Below are positions 10,976-17,612 of a DNA stretch of 32,000 nt, piece by piece; position 1 is the first letter of the stretch, and each line of letters begins with the position of its first letter. The notes under the pieces were generated by a model, which saw nothing but the letters and a program-made list of their open reading frames with translations, was not told where the DNA came from and made no database searches. Origin of the DNA: Mycobacterium tuberculosis H37Rv (GTDB taxonomy: Bacteria > Actinomycetota > Actinomycetes > Mycobacteriales > Mycobacteriaceae); contig NC_000962.3 of the NCBI RefSeq assembly GCF_000195955.2, forward strand, positions 1,560,001-1,592,000. The letters are read 5' to 3'. A program made the translations under genes and the position numbers.

Positions 10976-10981
10976 ACTGTA
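10976..10981 (-). promoter_or_regulatory. candidate -10 hexamer TACAGT placed for a leaderless cyp132 mRNA
   Basis: On the minus strand TACAGT (TANNNT) occupies exactly -12..-7 relative to the A of the cyp132 ATG (10969). No Shine-Dalgarno lies between. Confidence 0.4.
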
Positions 10982-11046
10982 TGGATGACGCTGACTGGCC
11001 CGAAATGAGACTATGGGACAAAGTGTTGTGAGTTTAGGACAGCCTC

Positions 11047-12081
11047 GTGGGACATCTACCGCCTCCGGCCGAGGTGAGGCATCCGGTGTATGCGACCCGG
11101 GTGCTGTGTGAGGTGGCCAACGAGCGCGGGGTGCCGACCGCTGATGTGCTGGCGGGCACGGCGATCGAGCCGGCCGACCTCGACGATCCGGACGCGGTGG
11201 TCGGTGCGCTTGACGAGATCACCGCGGTGCGCCGGTTGCTGGCCCGATTGCCCGACGACGCCGGTATCGGGATCGACGTAGGCAGCCGGTTCGCGCTCAC
11301 CCACTTCGGGTTGTTCGGGTTTGCCGTGATGTCATGTGGCACCCTTCGCGAACTGCTTACCATCGCGATGCGCTATTTCGCGTTGACCACCATGCACGTC
11401 GACATCACGTTGTTTGAAACCGCCGACGATTGCCTGGTCGAACTGGATGCCAGCCACTTGCCGGCCGATGTCCGTGGATTCTTCATCGAGCGCGATATTG
11501 CCGGAATCATCGCGACGACAACGAGTTTCGCGCTTCCGTTAGCCGCGAAGTATGCGGATCAAGTATCGGCCGAACTGGCGGTTGACGCGGAATTGTTGCG
11601 CCCGTTGCTCGAGCTTGTGCCGGTGCACGACGTCGCATTCGGGCGCGCGCACAACCGGGTGCACTTCCCGCGTGCCATGTTCGACGAGCCGTTGCCGCAG
11701 GCCGACCGCCATACGTTGGAAATGTGTATTGCACAATGCGACGTGCTGATGCAACGCAACGAGCGACGCCGTGGCATCACGGCCTTGGTGCGCAGCAAGC
11801 TGTTTCGCGATTCCGGGCTTTTCCCAACGTTTACCGACGTTGCTGGCGAACTTGACATGCATCCGCGGACGCTGCGGCGTCGACTTGCCGAGGAAGGCAC
11901 TTCGTTTCGGGCCTTGCTGGGCGAGGCGCGCTCCACCGTGGCCGTCGACCTGCTACGCAACGTCGGGCTGACGGTGCAGCAGGTGTCCACCCGGCTGGGC
12001 TACACCGAAGTCTCGACGTTCTCGCATGCGTTCAAACGCTGGTATGGCGTTGCGCCCAGCGAATATTCGCGCCGCGGGTAG
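11047..12081 (+). CDS. AraC/XylS-family transcriptional regulator (Rv1395-like), divergent from cyp132
   Basis: The C-terminal double HTH reads [38 protein letters not shown]. The N-terminal domain is AraC-binding-like. GTG start. A 77-bp divergent intergenic region separates it from cyp132. Confidence 0.85.
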
Positions 12082-12126
12082 ACCAGCCCTTTTCAGGGTT
12101 TCGCGGCCCGCGTCGGTTTGGTCGGG

Positions 12127-13857
12127 TTAGGCGGGGCCGGGCTGGCCGGGCGGACCGGGTTGGCCGGGCTGGCCGAACAGGGTTCCCCCGGTCCCGCCGA
12201 CGCCGCCGCCCCCGCCGTTGCCGGGGGTGCCATCGTTGCCGGCCCCACCGTTTCCGCCGGCGCCGCCGCCCCCGCCGTTGCCGATTAGGACGGCGGCCCC
12301 ACCGTTTCCGCCGGTCCCGCCGTTGCCGCCGGTACCGTCCTCGCCGGCGGTGCCGCCCTTTCCGCCGGTCCCGCCGGTCCCGGCGTCGCCGATCAGGCCG
12401 GCGGCACCGCCTCGCCCGCCGGTCCCGCCGGCGCCGCCCTTGCCGAACACGCCGAAGCCGTCGCCGCCCTTGCCGCCGGTGCCGCCGGTGCCGCCGGTGC
12501 CGTAGAGTTGTCCGCCGTTGCCACCGGCCCCGCCGGCACCACCAATTCCGCCATTGCCGTCGGGCCCCTGGGCGCTGTGCCCGCCGGCCCCGCCGGTGCC
12601 GCCGTGGCCAATCAGACCGGCGGACCCGCCGGCTCCGCCAGCACCGCCAAGACCGTTCGGACTGGTGACGGTCCCGCCTGCCCCCCCGGTGCCGCCGTTG
12701 CCAATGAGTTGCCCACCAGCGCCGCCGGCTCCACCGGCGCCGCCGCCCTGGCCACGGATATCACCGCCGTTGCCGCCGGCACCGCCGTCGCCGATCAGCC
12801 AGGCATTGCCACCGGCCCCGCCGGCGCCGCTAATTGCGCCTTGCCCGCCGTTGCCGCCGGCACCGCCGTTGCCGATGAGCCCGCCGGTACCGCCGGCACC
12901 GCCCGCGCCCCCGAAGTTATTCTCCCCGACTTTGCCTCCAACCCCAGTTTGCCCGCCGCGCCCGCCGGCCCCGCCGCTGCCCGACAGGCCGCGGCCGTCG
13001 CCGCCGGTGCCGCCGGCCCCGCCGTTGCCTCCTGAGCTGACGCCGGTTCCGCCCTGCCCGCCGTGTCCGCCGGCGCCGCCGTCGCCGTGCAGCCAGCCAC
13101 CACCGCCACCGGCGCCGCCGATACCCCCCGTGCCGCCGTCGCCGGACTTGCCGCCACCGACCCCCCCTTGCCCGCCGGTGCCGCCGGACCCTCCGCTGCC
13201 CCACAATCCGGCGGCGCCGCCGGCACCGCCGGCACCGCCGACACCACCGGGGTCGCCGGCCACCCCGACCCCGCCATTGCCGCCGGCCCCGCCGTTGCCC
13301 CACAGCCATCCGCCGGCCCCGCCGGCACCACCGGACGCGCCGGTGCCACCCAGGCCGCCGGCCCCGCCGTGGCCGATCAGCCCGGCCGCCCCGCCCGCAC
13401 CGCCGGCCTGACCGGTGGCGCCGGACCCGCCGTTGCCGCCGTTGCCGTACAGGATCCCGCCGGCCCCGCCGGCCTGCCCGGTCCCCGGCGCCCCGTCGGC
13501 GCCGTGGCCGATCAGCGGGCGCCCCAGCAGCGCCATGGTCGGCGCGTTGATCGCACCCAGCAGCTGCTGCTCGACGTTGGCGGCCTCGGCGCTGGCATAC
13601 GCGCCTGCCGTGCTCGTGAGGGTCTGCACGATCTGCTGGTGAAACGCCGCCGCCTGAGTTCTCAGCGCCTGATAGGTCTGCGCGTGGCCGCTAAACAGCG
13701 CCGCCACGGCGGCGGACACCTCATCGGCACCGGCGGCCAGCACACGCGTCGTGGCGGCCGCGGCCGCAGCATTGGCCGTGCTGATCGCCGAGCCGATGCT
13801 TGCCAGATCCGTCGCCGCCGCGCCCAGCATTTCCGGCTGTGCAAACAAAAACGACAT
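12127..13857 (-). CDS. PE_PGRS25: PE_PGRS family protein, 576 aa
   Basis: The PE domain begins [35 protein letters not shown] linker follows, then about 450 aa of GGAGG/GGNGG repeats. GGGGGA lies upstream of the ATG. Confidence 0.9.
   Translation of the reverse strand: MSFLFAQPEMLGAAATDLASIGSAISTANAAAAAATTRVLAAGADEVSAAVAALFSGHAQTYQALRTQAAAFHQQIVQTLTSTAGAYASAEAANVEQQLLGAINAPTMALLGRPLIGHGADGAPGTGQAGGAGGILYGNGGNGGSGATGQAGGAGGAAGLIGHGGAGGLGGTGASGGAGGAGGWLWGNGGAGGNGGVGVAGDPGGVGGAGGAGGAAGLWGSGGSGGTGGQGGVGGGKSGDGGTGGIGGAGGGGGWLHGDGGAGGHGGQGGTGVSSGGNGGAGGTGGDGRGLSGSGGAGGRGGQTGVGGKVGENNFGGAGGAGGTGGLIGNGGAGGNGGQGAISGAGGAGGNAWLIGDGGAGGNGGDIRGQGGGAGGAGGAGGQLIGNGGTGGAGGTVTSPNGLGGAGGAGGSAGLIGHGGTGGAGGHSAQGPDGNGGIGGAGGAGGNGGQLYGTGGTGGTGGKGGDGFGVFGKGGAGGTGGRGGAAGLIGDAGTGGTGGKGGTAGEDGTGGNGGTGGNGGAAVLIGNGGGGGAGGNGGAGNDGTPGNGGGGGVGGTGGTLFGQPGQPGPPGQPGPA
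12175..13520 (-). repeat. PGRS polymorphic GC-rich repeat region (coding Gly-Gly-Ala/Asn repeats)
   Basis: Continuous GGC/GCC-rich triplet repetition is visible in the DNA. All frames on both strands stay open, giving Pro-rich and Ala-rich shadow ORFs. The boundaries are approximate. Confidence 0.8.
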
Positions 13858-14111
13858 GACCGTCCCCCTGAATCCTGTGGGTATGAGCAGACTTGTCGTG
13901 ATCGTGCAGCATAAGCGCAGGTGATATAGGCCATCATTGGTAATGTTATAGAAACGTTATAGGTGATCTTGACCTTGTCAAATTGTTCGACAAGGAGTGC
14001 GGTCTTATTGCAACTTTGTTTATTAATGTCGCGCGGCCCGCGGCCTGGGACCTCCGTCGGACAGCGGCGACACGATGCAACTATGGGGGCCGCAGCGAGG
14101 TGTCGTCGGTG

Positions 14112-14513
14112 TCATGCCCGCGGTCGGTGCCCCGGCACCGCAAATGGTGGTTTCAGCTGCTCGAACATGGGGAAATGCCACACGTTGAGGGTTGCCAATT
14201 GCAGGTCCTGGACGTCGGCGGTAGCAGCTATCAGATAGTCGCCAAGTCCAATCCGGTTGTGGCTGCGACGATATCGGCGCATCATGTCGCCGGCGCGGCG
14301 TGCGATTACCTCGGTTGCTGGCTGTACCCGAAACGATGCAAGCAGGCGCCACACCTCGCGCCGTTCGGCGGTCCGCATTCCGCCGATGAGTTCGGCGGTG
14401 GACACCACGCTGATCGCCAGCGGTCCGTCCTTGCGGGCGCTGACAAGCCAATCGCGAGCAGCAACGACACCCCGCAAATGCGCGATCAGCACATCGGAGT
14501 CGACAAGGATCAT
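14112..14513 (-). CDS. vapC10: type II toxin, PIN-domain ribonuclease VapC
   Basis: The product begins MILVDSDVLIAHL with the first PIN acidic residue, and further acidic residues lie in TAELIGG and DYLIAATA. The start overlaps the antitoxin stop (ATGA, 14510-14513). Confidence 0.85.
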   Translation of the reverse strand: MILVDSDVLIAHLRGVVAARDWLVSARKDGPLAISVVSTAELIGGMRTAERREVWRLLASFRVQPATEVIARRAGDMMRRYRRSHNRIGLGDYLIAATADVQDLQLATLNVWHFPMFEQLKPPFAVPGHRPRA

Positions 14514-14767
14514 GAGGTGGCGCGCCACACCTGGGCAAGGTGCTGTTCACGACCACCGGAGCGACGCACCGGCGGATCCAGGTGGCGAAGCGTGCCGAAC
14601 GAATCGTTTATAGCCTGCAGGTCCGATGCAAGGTCGTCCCCAGCGGTGGTGAGGGCTCGGTTCAGCAGGAGGCGGATCAGCTCGGCGCGCGAAACACCTT
14701 CTTGCGCGGCCAACTTGTCGAGGCTTGCCGTCTGCTCCTCGTCGAGGTAGATGTTGGTCCGCTTCAT
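14510..14767 (-). CDS. vapB10: type II antitoxin, ribbon-helix-helix (CopG-like) VapB
   Basis: The 85-aa product MKRTNIYLDEEQTASLDKLAAQEGVSRAELIRLLL has the RHH pattern. It lies upstream of and is coupled to the PIN toxin. An alternative ATG at 14779 would add 4 aa. Confidence 0.85.
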   Translation of the reverse strand: MKRTNIYLDEEQTASLDKLAAQEGVSRAELIRLLLNRALTTAGDDLASDLQAINDSFGTLRHLDPPVRRSGGREQHLAQVWRATS

Positions 14768-14774
14768 ACACCAT

Positions 14775-14780
14775 ATCATA
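14775..14780 (-). promoter_or_regulatory. candidate -10 hexamer TATGAT for a leaderless (or 1-nt leader) vapBC10 transcript
   Basis: Minus-strand TATGAT lies at -13..-8 from the vapB ATG (14767). It sits inside a TCATAC-N6-TCATAC direct repeat (14764-14781) that spans the start codon. Confidence 0.35.
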
Positions 14781-14849
14781 CATCACAATGTGCGGCCCGG
14801 GCGGCACCGCGGCGGGCGGCGATTCAGCCGACCGGGCATGCCGCCGACG

Positions 14850-15809
14850 TTATGCGTGCAACGCCCTCTTCAGCGCCGCCAAGCCGCGGCCGGTGGCTTC
14901 GGCCGCGGCGGGCACCACCAGGGCGAAGTTGACGTAGCCGTGCACCATGGTGGGCTCGTTGCTTAGCTCTACGGAAACCCCTGCGGCCGTGAGCAATTCG
15001 GCGTAGCAAGCACCGTCGTCGCGCAGCGGATCATGCTCGGCGGTGCCGATGAAGGCGGGAGGCAGGCCGGACAGGTCAGCGTTTCCCGGGGCCAGTGTCG
15101 TGGGCAGCATCGTGTGATCACTGATGTCCAGCCCCGGCACATACCAGGCCAGGAACGCGTCGATGACGTCACGGTCCAGGATTGGCGCATCGGCATTTTC
15201 GGTGAAAGACGGCAGCGACAGGTCGGCCATGGTCGTCGGGTACCACAGCAGCTGGAACACCAGCGGCGGTCCGCCGACATCCCGGGCCAACTGCGCCATG
15301 ACCGCCGAGATGTTGCCGCCCGCAGAGTCACCGGCCACGGCGATCCGGCTCGGGTCACCGCCCAGTTCGGCGGCGTTTTCGCCGACCCAGCGCAATGCCG
15401 CCCAGCTGTCGTCGATCCCGGCCGGGTAGGGATGTTCCGGGGCAAGCCGGTAGTCGACGGACACCACGATGGCCTGCGCGCCGACGGCGTGGGCGCGGGC
15501 GACGGGGTCGTGGGTGTCCAGACCGCCGAGCGACCAGCCGCCACCGTGGTAGTAGACAACCACGGGCAGGTTGTCGCGAACGACCGGCGGCCAGTAGACG
15601 CGGACCGGAATGTCGGTGAGCCCGTCGTAGCCAACGGTCCGTTCCTCGATCCGTAGCTCCGGCAGCAACTCCGGGGGTGTCTTCAGCTGGCGGAGCCGCG
15701 CGCGGGCGACTTCGACACCGTCGGCCGCGGTGAAGGTCACCGGAAAGGTATCGAGCAGCATCTTCAGCACGGGATCGATATCAGGCCGGGCGACGGTCGG
15801 CTCTGTCAT
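14850..15809 (-). CDS. nlhH: hormone-sensitive-lipase-family carboxylesterase
   Basis: Contains the oxyanion motif HGGGW, the nucleophile elbow GDSAGG, and the Asp in DPLRDD and His in HGY that complete the triad. It is a paralogue of the adjacent gene. Confidence 0.9.
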   Translation of the reverse strand: MTEPTVARPDIDPVLKMLLDTFPVTFTAADGVEVARARLRQLKTPPELLPELRIEERTVGYDGLTDIPVRVYWPPVVRDNLPVVVYYHGGGWSLGGLDTHDPVARAHAVGAQAIVVSVDYRLAPEHPYPAGIDDSWAALRWVGENAAELGGDPSRIAVAGDSAGGNISAVMAQLARDVGGPPLVFQLLWYPTTMADLSLPSFTENADAPILDRDVIDAFLAWYVPGLDISDHTMLPTTLAPGNADLSGLPPAFIGTAEHDPLRDDGACYAELLTAAGVSVELSNEPTMVHGYVNFALVVPAAAEATGRGLAALKRALHA

Positions 15810-15815
15810 GGGCCT

Positions 15816-15821
15816 ACCGTA
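15816..15821 (-). promoter_or_regulatory. candidate -10 hexamer TACGGT placed for a leaderless nlhH mRNA
   Basis: Minus-strand TACGGT lies at exactly -12..-7 from the ATG (15809). It sits inside the 24-nt gap after lipI, within the 9-mer TACCGTACG that also occurs at lipI. Confidence 0.4.
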
Positions 15822-15833
15822 CGACCGCCAGGC

Positions 15834-16796
15834 CTATCCGTGTAGCACAACCCGTAGCGCCACCAGCCCACGGTTGGTGGCCTCGGTGGCGGCGGGCACC
15901 ACACCGGCATAGCCAACGTAGCCGTGCACCAGCGTCTGGGCGTTGTGCACCTCGACGGGAACACCGGCGGCGGCCAGCAGCTCGCCGTACCGAATCCCGT
16001 CGTCGCGCAAAGGGTCGTAGCCGGCGACAGCGATGTAGGCCGGCGGCAGGTCGGCCAGGTTCTCCGCTCGGCCGGGCGCCATTGGCGCTGGCGGGTTGTG
16101 CAAGTCGATTTCGCCTGCGTACCAACGGGAGAACGCGGCAATTGCCTTGACGTCGAGGATCGGTGCGTCGGCATTCTCGGCCAACGACGGCAGCGATTGG
16201 TCCCACAGAGTGGAGGGATACCACAACAGCTGAAACACAATGGGCGGGCCGCCCATATCGCGGGCTCGCTGCGCGATCACCGCGGCGATGGTGCCGCCGG
16301 CGGAATCTCCGGCGACGGCGATGCGGCCGAGGTCAGCACCGACCTGGCGGCCATGCTCGGCGACCCACCGCGTTGCGGCCCAAGCATCTTCGATGGCAGC
16401 GGGGTAGGGGTGCTCAGGCGCCAGCCGGTAGTCGACGGACACGACAATCGCGTCAGCGCCGACGGCGTGCTGGCGGCAGGTGCCATCGTGCGTGTCGAGG
16501 TCGCCCATGACGAATCCGCCGCCATGGAAATACAGCACAACGGGCGCCTCGGCTTGATCGGGACACGTTGGCGGCCAATAGATCCGGGTCCCGATCGGCC
16601 CCGCCGGTCCATCGATCGCAAGGTCAACGACCCGCAGCTCGGGGTGCACCGGCTGGCGCGGTAGATCGCGCAACCGCTGGCGCACGGCCTCGATCCCATC
16701 GTCGATCGATAGCCGAAACGGAACCGCATCCAGTACCTTCAGCAGGATGGGGTCGATCGCGGGTTTCTCGTCGGCGGTGTTGTCCAAACTGGGCAT
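15834..16796 (-). CDS. lipI: hormone-sensitive-lipase-family carboxylesterase
   Basis: Contains HGGGF, GDSAGG, DPLRDD and HGY motifs. By eye it is more than half identical to the downstream paralogue. Confidence 0.9.
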
Positions 16797-16802
16797 ACCG
16801 GT

Positions 16803-16808
16803 ACCGTA
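16803..16808 (-). promoter_or_regulatory. candidate -10 hexamer TACGGT placed for a leaderless lipI mRNA
   Basis: The same hexamer at the same -12..-7 offset from the ATG (16796) as at nlhH. It is embedded in the palindrome CGGTACCG (16799-16806), which also gives TACCGT on the plus strand. Confidence 0.4.
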
Positions 16809-16929
16809 CGCACCTCGCTTGCTGGCCGGCGGCTGGGTGGTCGCCGGCTGGGCGGGCCTCGCCTACGGCGTGTACTTGACCGTGATCGCATTGCGCTTGC
16901 CACCGGGCAGCGAGTTGACCGGGCACGCG

Positions 16930-17532
16930 ATGTTGCAGCCCGCGTTCAAGGCATCGATGGCGGTGCTGCTGGCCGCGGCCGCGGTTGCCCATCCCATCGG
17001 CCGCGAGCGGCGGTGGTTGGTACCGGCGCTGCTGTTGTCGGCCACCGGCGACTGGTTGTTGGCGATCCCCTGGTGGACGTGGGCGTTCGTGTTCGGCTTG
17101 GGGGCATTCCTGTTGGCGCACTTGTGCTTCATTGGTGCCCTGCTGCCACTGGCGCGGCAGGCGGCTCCATCGCGTGGCCGGGTCGCTGCCGTGGTGGCGA
17201 TGTGCGTTGCGTCCGCGGGGCTGCTGGTGTGGTTCTGGCCGCACCTGGGGAAGGACAACCTGACCATCCCGGTCACGGTATACATCGTCGCGCTGTCGGC
17301 GATGGTGTGCACCGCGTTGCTGGCACGGCTGCCGACGATTTGGACCGCGGTCGGGGCGGTGTGTTTCGCCGCGTCGGACTCGATGATCGGCATTGGCCGG
17401 TTCATCCTCGGCAACGAGGCGTTGGCGGTGCCGATCTGGTGGTCCTACGCCGCAGCCGAGATCTTGATTACGGCCGGGTTCTTCTTCGGCCGCGAGGTTC
17501 CTGATAACGCCGCAGCACCTACGGATAGCTAG
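16930..17532 (+). CDS. YhhN-family integral membrane protein (lysoplasmalogenase-like); the true start is probably further upstream
   Basis: The blocks [20 protein letters not shown] and [13 protein letters not shown] align with E. coli YhhN blocks as I recall them. ATG 16930 gives 200 aa. The frame is open to 16747, and GTG 16837 or TTG 16819 would add a hydrophobic helix that E. coli YhhN has. Confidence 0.75.
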
Positions 17533-17612
17533 CGGACCGGTTGTCTAGCAGCGGATCTCGCGGTCAAGCCCGCACGCCCGTCGAAGTAGAGCCGATCGCG
17601 CGGGTGCTGCCG

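Noticed and set aside
12082-12126. Small hairpins (CCCT-tttc-AGGG followed by TTT; CGCG-gcc-CGCG) between the AraC gene and PE_PGRS25 as terminators. Also CCCCCG-cata-CGGGGG at 4312-4327 after mihF.
   Set aside because: The stems are only 4-6 bp and indistinguishable from chance in GC-rich DNA. I did not list them as features.
12175-13520. Could the dense short repeats be a CRISPR array or VNTR locus?
   Set aside because: There are no repeat-spacer units of constant length, only degenerate triplet-based coding repeats in one continuous ORF. No cas genes lie nearby.
12218-13914. Plus-strand ORFs opposite PE_PGRS25 encoding Pro-rich (PPAPPAPP...) and Ala-rich proteins of up to 297 aa (12518-13411, 13063-13914 and others).
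   Set aside because: They are the complement or frame-shifted reading of GGC/GCC repeats. The minus-strand frame has a bona fide PE domain, GRPLI linker and Shine-Dalgarno, so these are repeat artefacts.
13983-14750. A 255-aa plus-strand ORF spanning the vapBC10 locus.
   Set aside because: It is antisense to a well-formed RHH antitoxin / PIN toxin pair with ATGA coupling. The product has no motifs and an Arg/Ser/Cys-rich composition.
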